NCBI GenBank assembly: GCA_947455385.1
Contig: CANGNR010000001.1
Span: forward strand, 1-32,520
Origin: Microbacteriaceae bacterium
GTDB taxonomy: Bacteria > Actinomycetota > Actinomycetes > Actinomycetales > Microbacteriaceae
Direction: 5' to 3'
Length of the DNA stretch: 32,520 bases
The notes under the pieces are model-generated. The model was not told where the DNA came from and ran no database searches. It saw nothing but the letters and a program-made list of their open reading frames with translations. The translations under genes and the position numbers were made by a program. Numbering within the stretch: the stretch's first letter is position 1; each line of letters opens with the position of its first letter. Below are positions 9,611 through 19,404 of the stretch, in pieces.

Positions 9611-9724
9611 AACTATTTACAGCATAACCAGCAACTGGCCCTAGAAACTTGCTGTAAACATACCGATTGCCCGATTTTCGCGGGGTTCGCAAGAGTAGGC
9701 TAGACAAGGAAATTCACGAACGAG

Positions 9725-12700
9725 GTGGTCAAGCTGTCGACTAACGAGTCAAATTCGGGGTCTTCGAACGATTTCGGAGCCAACGAATGGCTAGTAGATG
9801 AAATGTATTCGCAGTGGATCGCGAATCCCGACGCAGTTGACCGTTCTTGGTGGCCCATTCTCGAGCGCTACCAGCAGACCAAATCTTCCGCTCCAGCAGC
9901 TCCAGCAACGCCCGCAGCCGCCGCTCCCCCGGCGGCCGTCGCTCCGGTCGTTCCGGCTGCCGCACCCAACCCAGTTGTCCCAGCCGCCGCTCCAAGCCAA
10001 GGATCGCCAGTAGCCGTGTCTAACGAAAATGCAAACAATCCAGTCGTAGCCAAGACCACTCGAATCGAGCCGCGCACTCAGCCGATTCCTGCCCAGGCTC
10101 CTGTCACCAGCAGCATCCCAACCCAGGATGAAACCTCAGGCGAGAACAAGCTCACCGTGCTCAAGGGCATGTCAAAGGCACTCGCCACCAACATGGACCT
10201 CTCGCTCACCGTTCCGACCGCCACCAGCGTGCGCTCGATTCCGGCCAAGCTCCTGATCGACAACCGCATCGTGATCAACTCGCACCTCAACCGCACCCGC
10301 GGTGGCAAGGTTTCGTTCACGCACCTGATCGGCTTCGCCATCATCCGTGCTTTGAAGGAGTTTCCGAGCCAGAACGTCTATTACGACATCATCGACGACA
10401 AGCCCACTGCGGTCTCGCCGGCGCACATCAACTTCGGCCTCGCTATCGACATTCCGAAAGAAGACGGCACCCGTGCGCTGCTAGTGCCAAACATCAAGAA
10501 GGCCGAACGCCTCAACTTCGCCGAATACCTGATCGCCTACGAAGAGCTGGTCAAGAAGGCGCGCACCAACAGCCTCACTCCGGGCGACTTTGCCGGTTCG
10601 ACGATTTCGCTGACCAACCCCGGCGGAATTGGCACAGTGCACTCGGTTCCTCGTCTCATGAAGGGCCAGGCCTGCATCATCGGCGCCGGCGCGCTCGAGT
10701 ACCCAGCAGAGTTCCAGGGCCTACCGGAGGCGCACCTCGCCAAGCTCGGCATCAGCAAGACCATCACGCTCACCTCTACCTACGACCACCGAGTTATCCA
10801 GGGTGCTGGTTCGGGCGAGTTCCTAAAGAAGATCCACGAACTGCTGCTCGGTGAGCGCGGCTTCTACGACCAGATCTTCGCCGACCTACGCATTCCTTAT
10901 GAGCCGGTTCGCTGGGTCGAAGACTTCGAGAGCGACGAAACGGACGACCGCAGCAAGGCGTCGCGCATCCAGGAACTCATCAACGCCTACCGCGTTCGCG
11001 GTCACCTGATGGCTGACATCGATCCGCTCGAATACCGCCAGCGCACCCACCCCGATCTCGACATCCTCAACCACGGCCTGAGCCTGTGGGACCTCGACCG
11101 CACCTTCAAGACCGGCGGTTTCGGCGGCAAGTCAAAGGCGCAGTTCCGCGACACACTCAAGATTCTGCGCGACTCCTACTGCCGCACCGTTGGCGTTGAG
11201 TACATGCACATTCAAGACCCAGCTCAGCGCAAGTGGTTCCAAGACCACCTCGAGCGCCCATATGCCAAGCCAAGCAAGGATGAACAGTTTCGCATCCTAG
11301 AAAAGCTCAACGAGGCCGAGGCCTTTGAGACCTTCTTGCAGACCAAGTTCGTTGGCCAGAAGCGCTTCTCGCTCGAGGGTGGCGAATCGACGATTCCGGC
11401 GCTCGACGCGATTCTGCAGAGCGCTGCCGAATCCGGCCTGAGCGAGGTCGCAATCGGCATGGCCCACCGCGGCCGCCTCAACGTTTTGACCAACGTGGCC
11501 GGCAAGACCTACGGCCAGGTCTTCAAGGAGTTCGAGGGCAACACCGACACCAGCACAGTTCAGGGCTCGGGCGACGTGAAGTACCACCTCGGAACCGAGG
11601 GCACCTTCACCAACGCATCTGGCAAGACCGTGAATGTTTCGCTTGCCGCAAACCCTTCGCACCTCGAGGCGGTCAACCCGGTGCTCGAGGGCATCGTGCG
11701 CGCCAAGCTCGACGCGCTGGGTACCACTCGCTATGACAAGGTCTTTCCTGTGTTGCCGATCCTGATTCACGGTGACGCAGCCTTCGCCGGCCAGGGTGTC
11801 GTTCCCGAGGTTCTTAATATGGCGAACCTACGCGGATTCACCACCGGTGGAACCATCAACATCGTCATCAACAACCAGGTCGGTTTCACAACCCCGCCTA
11901 GCGAGTCCCGCTCGACGGTCTACTCGACCGACATTGCCAAGGGCTTTCAGGCGCCGATCTTTCACGTCAACGGGGACGACCCAGAGGCCGTTGTTCGCGT
12001 TGCACAGATGGCCTTCGACTACCGCCAGACCTTCCACTCGGATGTCGTCATCGACCTCGTGTGCTACCGCCGACGCGGCCACAACGAGGGCGACGATCCT
12101 TCGATGACCCAGCCGCTGATGTACAACCTGATCGAGGCCAAGCGCTCCGTTCGCACCCTCTACTTGGAGTCGCTGGTTGGCCGCGGAGACATCACCCGCG
12201 AAGAGTTTGAGGCGGCAAACGCTAACTTCCAGAACAAGCTCGAGCAGGCCTTCACCGACGTTCACGAGGCAATGGCCAAGCCGGTCTCGCTGGTTCCACG
12301 CCCTGTTGGCATCGGCACCACCGCGAGCGACAACCCAACCCTCGAACGCGGCACCGCAATCGCCCGTTCGGTGGTCGAGCTAATCGGTGACGCGCACAAC
12401 AACATCCCAGCCGGTTTTAGCGTGCACCCAAAGCTTCAGCAGTTGCTTGCCAAGCGCGTCGAGATGAGCCGCCAGGGCGGCATCGACTGGGGCTTCGGCG
12501 AACTCTTGGCCTTCGGATCCCTCTTGCTCGAGGGAAAGCCGGTTCGCATGTCTGGCCAAGACAGCCGCCGCGGCACCTTCGTGCAGCGTCACGCGGTGTT
12601 CCACGACCGAGAGAACGGCCAAGAGTGGATGCCGCTGCGCAACCTCTCTGACAATCAGGCCAAGTTCTACATTTACGACTCGATGCTCAGCGAATACGCC

Positions 12701-13504
12701 GCCATGGGCTTCGAATACGGCTACTCGGTCGAGAGCGAGAGTGCCCTCGTACTTTGGGAGGCGCAGTTCGGCGACTTCGCCAACGGCGCTCAGACCATCA
12801 TCGATGAGTTCATTTCTTCGGCCGAACAAAAGTGGGGCCAGCACTCGGGTGTTGTCCTGCTGCTTCCGCACGGATACGAAGGCCAGGGTCCCGACCACTC
12901 GTCGGCGCGCATCGAGCGCTACCTGCAGCTCTGTGCGCAGAACAACATGACTGTTGCTCAGCCTTCGACCCCCGCATCGCACTTTCACCTGCTGCGCCGC
13001 CAGGCATACTCGACCCCACGTCGACCACTCGTGGTCTTCTCGCCAAAGTCGATGCTTCGCCTCAAGGCAGCCTCGAGCTCGGTCGAAGACTTCACCAACG
13101 GCGAGTTCCGTCCGGTAATCGGCGACGAGCAGGGACTCAACCCAGCAGAGGTCAAGCGCGTCTTGTTCTGCTCGGGCAAGGTCTATTGGGACCTCTTGGC
13201 CGAGTCGCAGAAGCGCGGCGACCGCACCACCGCGATTGTTCGCGTCGAACAGCTCTACCCAACCCCGGTCGATGAGATCAAGGCGGCATACGCCCTGTAT
13301 CCAAACGCCGAGCTGGTTTGGGTTCAAGACGAGCCAGCCAACCAGGGTCCTTGGACATACATCGGTCTGTTCTTGCCTAAATACATGGATGGCAAGGTCG
13401 CGAAACTCGTTTCTCGGCCAGCATCGGCATCGCCGGCCACCGGCTCGTCAAAGGCTCACGCCGCCGAGCAGGCAGACCTCGTCGCCCGCGCGTTCGCAGA
13501 CTAG
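9725..13504 (+). CDS. kgd: Multifunctional 2-oxoglutarate decarboxylase/dehydrogenase (E2-like acyltransferase domain fused to E1)
   Basis: FGANEWLVDEMY N-terminus, Ala/Pro linker, TYDHRVIQGA, KRFSLEGGE, HGDAAFAGQG (ThDP motif), WEAQFGDF and LPHGYEGQGPDHSSAR. Start is GTG 9725 or possibly CTG 9734. Confidence 0.97.
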   Translation: MVKLSTNESNSGSSNDFGANEWLVDEMYSQWIANPDAVDRSWWPILERYQQTKSSAPAAPATPAAAAPPAAVAPVVPAAAPNPVVPAAAPSQGSPVAVSNENANNPVVAKTTRIEPRTQPIPAQAPVTSSIPTQDETSGENKLTVLKGMSKALATNMDLSLTVPTATSVRSIPAKLLIDNRIVINSHLNRTRGGKVSFTHLIGFAIIRALKEFPSQNVYYDIIDDKPTAVSPAHINFGLAIDIPKEDGTRALLVPNIKKAERLNFAEYLIAYEELVKKARTNSLTPGDFAGSTISLTNPGGIGTVHSVPRLMKGQACIIGAGALEYPAEFQGLPEAHLAKLGISKTITLTSTYDHRVIQGAGSGEFLKKIHELLLGERGFYDQIFADLRIPYEPVRWVEDFESDETDDRSKASRIQELINAYRVRGHLMADIDPLEYRQRTHPDLDILNHGLSLWDLDRTFKTGGFGGKSKAQFRDTLKILRDSYCRTVGVEYMHIQDPAQRKWFQDHLERPYAKPSKDEQFRILEKLNEAEAFETFLQTKFVGQKRFSLEGGESTIPALDAILQSAAESGLSEVAIGMAHRGRLNVLTNVAGKTYGQVFKEFEGNTDTSTVQGSGDVKYHLGTEGTFTNASGKTVNVSLAANPSHLEAVNPVLEGIVRAKLDALGTTRYDKVFPVLPILIHGDAAFAGQGVVPEVLNMANLRGFTTGGTINIVINNQVGFTTPPSESRSTVYSTDIAKGFQAPIFHVNGDDPEAVVRVAQMAFDYRQTFHSDVVIDLVCYRRRGHNEGDDPSMTQPLMYNLIEAKRSVRTLYLESLVGRGDITREEFEAANANFQNKLEQAFTDVHEAMAKPVSLVPRPVGIGTTASDNPTLERGTAIARSVVELIGDAHNNIPAGFSVHPKLQQLLAKRVEMSRQGGIDWGFGELLAFGSLLLEGKPVRMSGQDSRRGTFVQRHAVFHDRENGQEWMPLRNLSDNQAKFYIYDSMLSEYAAMGFEYGYSVESESALVLWEAQFGDFANGAQTIIDEFISSAEQKWGQHSGVVLLLPHGYEGQGPDHSSARIERYLQLCAQNNMTVAQPSTPASHFHLLRRQAYSTPRRPLVVFSPKSMLRLKAASSSVEDFTNGEFRPVIGDEQGLNPAEVKRVLFCSGKVYWDLLAESQKRGDRTTAIVRVEQLYPTPVDEIKAAYALYPNAELVWVQDEPANQGPWTYIGLFLPKYMDGKVAKLVSRPASASPATGSSKAHAAEQADLVARAFAD

Positions 13505-13517
13505 GTAGCTCGACACC

Positions 13518-14144
13518 GTGCCCATCGCGCCGAGAACTCGTGTTCGCATCGTAATCGCGGGCGACGCGCTCGTGAGCGCCATGGGCGACTCCAAGGGCAT
13601 GGGTTGGGTTGGCCGAGTTATCGCCCGCACCCCGAGTGCGCCGGCAGCCGAAGGCGCTCCGTTTATTGAGATTCTCGCGCTGCCGCAACCGAACGAGGCC
13701 TCGCCAGAACTTGCCGCCCGATGGGTATCTGAGATTCAGTCGCGATTCGAGCCTGGCATCGAGAATCGCTTGGTTCTTGCCCCCGGCAACTCCGACCCGG
13801 CCGCTGGCGTTTCAATGTCGCGCAGCCGACTGAACTTGGCCAACATTCTCGACGAGGCTAAAAAACTTGGAATCGACTGCCTTGTGGTCGGCCCAACTCC
13901 CCACCGCAATGATGCGCTCAACGAGTCGATTTCTGCGCTCTCTCAGGGGTTCGCCGACGTCGCAAAGCGTCGCGACGTGACTTTCATCGATTGCTTCGAG
14001 CCGCTCGTGGCCCACGAGGGTTGGCTGGCAGAGGTAAAGGCAAGCGAAACCGGCTTGCCTGGCCAGGTTGGCTACGGCCTACTAGCTTGGTTGGTGCTGC
14101 ACCGAGGGTGGTTTGAGTGGCTAGACCTGCCACTCGACGCCTAA
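13518..14144 (+). CDS. GDSL/SGNH-fold protein, canonical catalytic residues apparently missing
   Basis: Block I reads IAGDALV..MGD...GW; block III-like GNSD; VVGPTP; C-terminal ETGLPGQVGY replaces DxxHP. Confidence 0.7.
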   Translation: MPIAPRTRVRIVIAGDALVSAMGDSKGMGWVGRVIARTPSAPAAEGAPFIEILALPQPNEASPELAARWVSEIQSRFEPGIENRLVLAPGNSDPAAGVSMSRSRLNLANILDEAKKLGIDCLVVGPTPHRNDALNESISALSQGFADVAKRRDVTFIDCFEPLVAHEGWLAEVKASETGLPGQVGYGLLAWLVLHRGWFEWLDLPLDA

Positions 14145-14170
14145 GTTTCTAAAACTAACTAGCGCCGCGA

Positions 14171-14431
14171 CTACTCGTGGGCGACTTCGCCCGCGTCGTT
14201 GATTAGCCCCTTGAGGCGATTCAAAATGCGTTCGGCAAGTTCCGCCGGCGGAGCCTCGTCGCAGGCACGTTTGACGACCTTGTTAAAAAGGTGCTCGAAG
14301 TCATAGTCACTCTCGCAGCTATCGCAGTTGGCGATGTGATCGGTGATGTTGTCGATCTCTTCTTTAGACAGCGCGCTGTGCAGGTACTCGTGAACCTGAC
14401 GCTTCGTCTCTTCGCAGTTAACTTCGGTCAC
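14171..14431 (-). CDS. rsrA: Zinc-binding anti-sigma factor (ZAS, RsrA/RshA-like)
   Basis: N-terminal Cys (VNCEE), HIANCDSC = HxxxCxxC, and VKRAC.EAP; GTGA overlap with the sigma gene. Confidence 0.85.
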   Translation of the reverse strand: MTEVNCEETKRQVHEYLHSALSKEEIDNITDHIANCDSCESDYDFEHLFNKVVKRACDEAPPAELAERILNRLKGLINDAGEVAHE

Positions 14432-15081
14432 TTTTCTGCGCCTTTCTTGTTTCTTGCTGCCGAGGCGAGTCTTCGTTCCTTCATTTCATCCTCGGTATAC
14501 ACGTTGTAGCCCTCTTCTTTGGCATATTCGGCTAGCTTCTCGCGAAGCGCCTTCTTGCCACGGTGCAGGCGGCTCATCACCGTTCCCATTGCGATGCCCA
14601 TCTTGTCGGCAATCTCGGCGTAGGAGAGCTCGGCAAACACGGCGTATCGAACCACCTGGGCGTACTGCGGCAAAATCGAGTCGAGCGCGTCGTTGACCTC
14701 TTTGGAGGTCATGCGGCTAAGTGCCTCAACTTCGGCGGCCCGGTTTGGTCTTGCGGTAACCGACTCAGCGGTTCCAATCTGAAAATCTTCGAGCTCGTCG
14801 AGCCCGCCCTCTGCCTTGTCGCGAATCTTTTTGGCCACGAGGTTCTTGCGCGTGTTTTCTAGGATGGTGGTCAACCAAGCCTGCAGGTTTGTTCCCTGCT
14901 CAAACTGGTGCCAAGCCTTATAGGCCTTCACGAACGTCTCCTGAACGAGATCCTCGGCATCCTGGTAGTTTTTGGTTTTCTTCAGCGCGATTCCGAACAG
15001 CAGGGATGTGTACTGCAAGGCCTGCTGCTCGAACTGCATAAGACGCTCTGCGTCGGTTGGATTGCTGCGATTCTCGGTCAT
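14428..15081 (-). CDS. sigH: ECF sigma factor, SigR/SigH family
   Basis: DAEDLVQETFVKAY, FEQGTNLQAWL, AEVEAL and SYAEIADKMGIAMGTVMSRLHRG motifs; paired with a ZAS anti-sigma. Start set at ATG 15081 (alternative 15087), downstream of TAGACT (15090-15095). Confidence 0.88.
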   Translation of the reverse strand: MTENRSNPTDAERLMQFEQQALQYTSLLFGIALKKTKNYQDAEDLVQETFVKAYKAWHQFEQGTNLQAWLTTILENTRKNLVAKKIRDKAEGGLDELEDFQIGTAESVTARPNRAAEVEALSRMTSKEVNDALDSILPQYAQVVRYAVFAELSYAEIADKMGIAMGTVMSRLHRGKKALREKLAEYAKEEGYNVYTEDEMKERRLASAARNKKGAEK

Positions 15082-15197
15082 TGGCATTGAGTCTAGACGG
15101 CGAGAACCAAAGGATGAAACTGCTGGGGTGTAGCTAGTCACGCTTCCTCTTCTGTTCGTTGCTGGCAGCTCGGGGGTTGGCTGGTAACTTTGAACCA

Positions 15198-16520
15198 ATG
15201 ACTTTAAGCACCTATTCCAGCAAGCACGAGCTTTGGCCTGCGCCTGTCGCTGCCGGCCCGATTGCAGCAACGGTGGCGTTGCCCGGATCGAAGTCGCTTA
15301 CTAACCGCGAGTTGATTTTGGCCGCCCTTGCCGCGCGATCTGGTTCATCCTCGACGCTTGTTGAACCGCTGGAATCTCGCGACTCCTCGCTGATGATCGA
15401 GGCCCTGAAGTCGCTCGGCTTTGGCTTTGCGACGGGTGCCGGCGGCGAGCTGGAGGTTAACTTGGACGCTGAGGCGCTCGGGCGGGTAGAGACGACCATC
15501 GACTGCGGTCTCGCTGGCACAGTGATGAGGTTTGTGCCACCCTTTGCAGCACTGGCTGCGGGACGAATTACATTCGATGGCGACGAGGGCGCCCGCCGCC
15601 GACCGATGGCCACCACCATTGATTCGCTGCGCGCCTTGGGCGTTGAGGTAGACGACGACGGTCGCGGGGCTTTGCCGTTCACAATCGTGGCCACCGGTTC
15701 GGTGCGAGGCGGCGAGCTCACCATCGACGCATCGGCTTCGAGTCAGTTCGTTTCAGGTTTGTTGCTCTCGGCGGCGGCATTTGACGAGGGACTCACGCTC
15801 AGGCACGAGGGCGAACACCTGCCTAGCATGCCCCACATCGACATGACCGTCGAATGCCTGCGCCAGCGCGGCATCGAGGTTTCGCAGCCCGAGCCGACCG
15901 TCTGGCGCGTCGAGCCAGGCCAGGTTCAGGGCGGCCGAGTCGTCATCGAGCCAGACCTTTCTAACGCCGGCCCTTTTCTCGCTGCGGCCATGGTGGCCGG
16001 CGGCTCCGTCACGATTCAGCACTGGCCCGCCTCGACCACTCAGGTTGGCGACGAGTTCGACGGCATTCTGCAGCGCATGGGCGCCGAAATCTCACGCGAT
16101 GACCGCGGCCTAACCATCACTGGTTCGGGCCTAATCACGGGCATCGACATCGACCTCTCGATCGGCGGCGAGCTCACCCCTGTCGTCGCCGCCCTCGGCG
16201 CCATCGCCAGCACCCCAACCCGCATCACGGGCGTCGCCCACCTTCGCGGCCACGAGACCGACCGACTTGCGGCGCTGGTAGCCGAAATCAACCGCATCGG
16301 CGGCATCGCCCGCGAGCTCGAGGACGGCCTCGAAATCGACCCGAGCGAAAACCTCCACGGCGGCGAGTGGCTCAGCTACGAAGACCACCGCATGGCTACC
16401 GCCGGCGCCATCATCGGTCTGCGCGTGCCTGGCATCCTGGTTGAAAACATCGGCACCACAAGCAAAACCATGCCCAACTTTGCTCAGCTTTGGCAGTCGA
16501 TGCTCGAGGCCCGCGCTTGA
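15198..16520 (+). CDS. aroA: 3-phosphoshikimate 1-carboxyvinyltransferase (EPSP synthase)
   Basis: [42 protein letters not shown] and YEDHRMA motifs; ATG 15198 lies 7 nt after TAACTT. Confidence 0.96.
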   Translation: MTLSTYSSKHELWPAPVAAGPIAATVALPGSKSLTNRELILAALAARSGSSSTLVEPLESRDSSLMIEALKSLGFGFATGAGGELEVNLDAEALGRVETTIDCGLAGTVMRFVPPFAALAAGRITFDGDEGARRRPMATTIDSLRALGVEVDDDGRGALPFTIVATGSVRGGELTIDASASSQFVSGLLLSAAAFDEGLTLRHEGEHLPSMPHIDMTVECLRQRGIEVSQPEPTVWRVEPGQVQGGRVVIEPDLSNAGPFLAAAMVAGGSVTIQHWPASTTQVGDEFDGILQRMGAEISRDDRGLTITGSGLITGIDIDLSIGGELTPVVAALGAIASTPTRITGVAHLRGHETDRLAALVAEINRIGGIARELEDGLEIDPSENLHGGEWLSYEDHRMATAGAIIGLRVPGILVENIGTTSKTMPNFAQLWQSMLEARA

Positions 16521-17584
16521 GCTGGCTCTATGAGCCTGAGCCGGGTCAACACGACCTGGATGAAACCGACGTGCGGGTGCGCCCAAACCCAAAGGGCAAC
16601 CGCCCGCGCACCAAGACCCGCCCAGCCTTCGACGACGCGCACCCAGGCATGGTGACGAGCGTTCACCTCGGTCGCTACGAGGTGTTGTTGCTCGACGAAC
16701 ACAGGCTGGTCACCGCAACCCTGGGCAAAGAACTGCGCAAGGCCGGAGCCGTGGTCGGTGACCGAGTAGCGCTGGTCGGCGACACCAGTGCCGCGAATGG
16801 CGCGCTCAGCCGAATCGTTCGGGTCGAACCCCGCACCTCGCTGCTTCGCCGCAGCGCCGATGACACCGACGAGGTTGAGCGCGTAATCGTCGCCAATGCC
16901 ACTCAGATGTTGATTGTCACTGCCATCGCCAACCCTGAGCCGCGCACCCGACTGATCGACCGCTACCTCGCCGCCGCATTCGACGCCGGTCTCAAGCCGA
17001 TTCTGGTAATTACAAAAACCGACCTGGCCGACCCTGCCGAGTTTCTCAAAAACTTCGCCGGGCTCAGCATTCCGGTGGTGCTAAACCGCTCGGATGAACC
17101 CAACATCGCCGACCTGCGTGACCTGCTAGCCGACCAGATCACCGTTGCCGTCGGCCACTCTGGCGTTGGCAAGTCGACCCTGGTGAACGCGCTGGTGCCA
17201 GGCGCTAGCCGTGCCACCGGACACGTCAACGAGGTCACCGGCAGAGGCCGTCACACCTCGAGCTCGGCCCAGGCCATCGAGCTTGGCGAGGGCTTCGGAT
17301 CGGGCTGGATCATCGACACCCCTGGTGTGAGGTCTTTTGGCCTCGGCCACATCAACCCAGCAAACTTGCTGCGCGCATTCGAAGACCTCTGGCGAGTGAT
17401 CGAGACCTGCCCGCGAGACTGCAGTCACCAGGATGACTCCCCCGACTGCGAGCTGGACGCCGCGGTTGCCGACGGCCGTTTGGGCGAAGCCGGCGCATCC
17501 CGCGTAGACAGCCTGCGGCGGCTGATGAAATCGGCAAGCACGGCCCGCATCGACGAAGACCTGCCCCGGCGCGAGCAAGACTAA
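16517..17584 (+). CDS. rsgA: Ribosome small subunit-dependent GTPase A
   Basis: Circularly permuted GTPase (TKTD ... [10 protein letters not shown] ... GRGRHTS ... IDTPGVR) with C-terminal CPRDCSH...C zinc site; TTG start overlaps the aroA TGA. Confidence 0.95.
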   Translation: MSWLYEPEPGQHDLDETDVRVRPNPKGNRPRTKTRPAFDDAHPGMVTSVHLGRYEVLLLDEHRLVTATLGKELRKAGAVVGDRVALVGDTSAANGALSRIVRVEPRTSLLRRSADDTDEVERVIVANATQMLIVTAIANPEPRTRLIDRYLAAAFDAGLKPILVITKTDLADPAEFLKNFAGLSIPVVLNRSDEPNIADLRDLLADQITVAVGHSGVGKSTLVNALVPGASRATGHVNEVTGRGRHTSSSAQAIELGEGFGSGWIIDTPGVRSFGLGHINPANLLRAFEDLWRVIETCPRDCSHQDDSPDCELDAAVADGRLGEAGASRVDSLRRLMKSASTARIDEDLPRREQD

Positions 17585-17593
17585 ATTAGACCC

Positions 17594-18376
17594 ATGCCAA
17601 CTTTTGCCGAAGACCTCGAACTCGCGCTGCGCATGGCCGATGCCGCCGACGCCATCGCCCTCGAGCGTTTTCGCGCGCTAGACCTAAAGGTCGAAACCAA
17701 GCCAGACCGGTCGCCCGTAACCGACGCCGACCGCGCGGTTGAGGCGGCGCTCAAGGGCATCCTGGCAACCGAACGCCCAGCCGACGCCCTTATCGGCGAA
17801 GAGTATGGCAACAGCGGCACGGCAAGCCGCACCTGGATTATCGACCCGATCGACGGAACGGCAAACTACCTGCGAGGCGTTCCGGTTTGGGCTTCTCTGA
17901 TTGCTCTTGTGGTCGACGATAAACCCGTGGTCGGCGTTGTCTCGGCACCAGCCCTCGGCCGACGTTGGTGGGCAGCCCCAAAGGTTGGCGCATTCACTCA
18001 AGACATCGACGGGTCGGTGAGAACGATTTCGGTCTCGGGCGTGAGCGACCTCGAACACGCATCCCTGTCTTATAACAACCTGCAACTCTGGGATGCCTCT
18101 GGGCGCCTGCCGCAGTTGCTGCAGCTGAGCCGCCAAATCTGGCGCACCAGGGCATACGGCGACTTCTACTCGTACATGCTGTTGGCTGAGGGATCCGTCG
18201 ACGCGGTTGCCGAACACGACCTCAAGATCTATGACATCTCGGCACTGGTTCCGATCGTCGAGCAGGCAGGTGGCCGCTTTAGCGACCTAGATGGCGAATT
18301 GACCGCCGAATCTTCTAGCGTTCTAGCCACCAACGGCCGCCTGCACGGCGCGATTCAGTCGGCACTAAGCGCCTAA
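17594..18376 (+). CDS. hisN: Histidinol-phosphatase (inositol monophosphatase family)
   Basis: KPDRSPVTDAD, GEE, WIIDPIDGTANY, PALGRRWWA and RTRAYGDF motifs. Confidence 0.88.
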   Translation: MPTFAEDLELALRMADAADAIALERFRALDLKVETKPDRSPVTDADRAVEAALKGILATERPADALIGEEYGNSGTASRTWIIDPIDGTANYLRGVPVWASLIALVVDDKPVVGVVSAPALGRRWWAAPKVGAFTQDIDGSVRTISVSGVSDLEHASLSYNNLQLWDASGRLPQLLQLSRQIWRTRAYGDFYSYMLLAEGSVDAVAEHDLKIYDISALVPIVEQAGGRFSDLDGELTAESSSVLATNGRLHGAIQSALSA

Positions 18377-19403
18377 CTCGGCGGCGGCCACTCAAAAAGC
18401 GGCCGATTATGGTGTGTCTCGCCACGACCTGATAGCTCAGAATCGAAAGCCCAGCGGTGGCAACCAACAAGACGGCAAACTCCGCCCCTACCGGCCAACT
18501 GCTCGACCTGAAGAGCGCCGCAACCGCAACCAAAAACGCGGGGTGAAACAAATAGACCCAGTAGGCGGAGTCGCTCAGGTAGGCGAGCGCCCTTTTTGAA
18601 CCACGGATGACCAGCAGCGACAACCCGAGAATTCCGAGTGGCAGCGCCCACATCGCCAAGGTGTAGTCGATGGCTGCCAGAGGCGCTGGCGCATCCTTGC
18701 TTGCCAGGTATGCCCAAATGCCGACTGCCAACATCGGCAGACCGCAAGACTTCACCAAGCCGACTGCGCCGAACCCTCCTGCCCAGAGTGCCGCCCCGAA
18801 GGCAAAGAAGATCGAGAAAAGCACAAGCAGCGAGGCGTCCGGAACAATCGCGAGACTCATGCGAAGGGTGCCATCGGCCGCCAAATGGTTCGGGACGACG
18901 GTGGTCAAAGCCACGGCCCCGACGAACCAAAACGCGAGCAACCTCGGCCGGCGAAGGGCGGAAAGTTTGCCTGCGAGACCGGCTCGTCGCCAGAGTCTTG
19001 CCGCCACCCAGAACCCTAGAGAAATAACCGACAGGTAGGCGAGAAACCAGAGGTGCAGCCAACCCACCTGAAGCCAGGTGCTCGAGCCGAGACCAGAGCA
19101 CACCGAACATCCGCGCGGAATCAGCACCGCGGCGATCACCAGTTCGGCCGCCAAAAGCGGAGCAAAGAGGCGCTTGGTGCGACTGAGCATGAATCCGCGC
19201 GATCCCGCTCGGCTCAGCAGCGAAGCGGCAAAATACCCGCCGAGAATAAAGAAAGTCGGCATTCTAAAAACATGGATGACGTCGTAGATCGGCCTCAAGC
19301 TTTGGTCGCCTCTGGTCAGCTCGATCACTAACTCGGCATGCACCACTAAGCCGAGCAGCATCGCCACGCTTCGAACGGCGTCGAAGGCAGCAACCTTGAC
19401 CAT
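18315..19403 (-). CDS. Acyltransferase-3 family membrane protein, MdoC/OpgC-like
   Basis: FDAVRSVAMLLGLVVH, HVFRMPTFFILGGYF, RTKRL, HLWFLAYL and SAYWVYLFH motifs; about 10 hydrophobic segments; ATG lies 1 nt after the upstream stop. Confidence 0.82.
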   Translation of the reverse strand: MVKVAAFDAVRSVAMLLGLVVHAELVIELTRGDQSLRPIYDVIHVFRMPTFFILGGYFAASLLSRAGSRGFMLSRTKRLFAPLLAAELVIAAVLIPRGCSVCSGLGSSTWLQVGWLHLWFLAYLSVISLGFWVAARLWRRAGLAGKLSALRRPRLLAFWFVGAVALTTVVPNHLAADGTLRMSLAIVPDASLLVLFSIFFAFGAALWAGGFGAVGLVKSCGLPMLAVGIWAYLASKDAPAPLAAIDYTLAMWALPLGILGLSLLVIRGSKRALAYLSDSAYWVYLFHPAFLVAVAALFRSSSWPVGAEFAVLLVATAGLSILSYQVVARHTIIGRFLSGRRRVRRLVPTESRRAGGRWWLER

Positions 19404-19404
19404 C

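Noticed and set aside
9885-10000. Ala/Pro-rich low-complexity stretch in kgd
   Set aside because: Expected flexible linker of actinobacterial Kgd/OdhA proteins.
15115-15150. Possible SigR/SigH autoregulatory promoter (GGAA...GTT) on the minus strand
   Set aside because: GGAA and GTT are 23 nt apart, too long for the ~18-19 nt consensus spacing.
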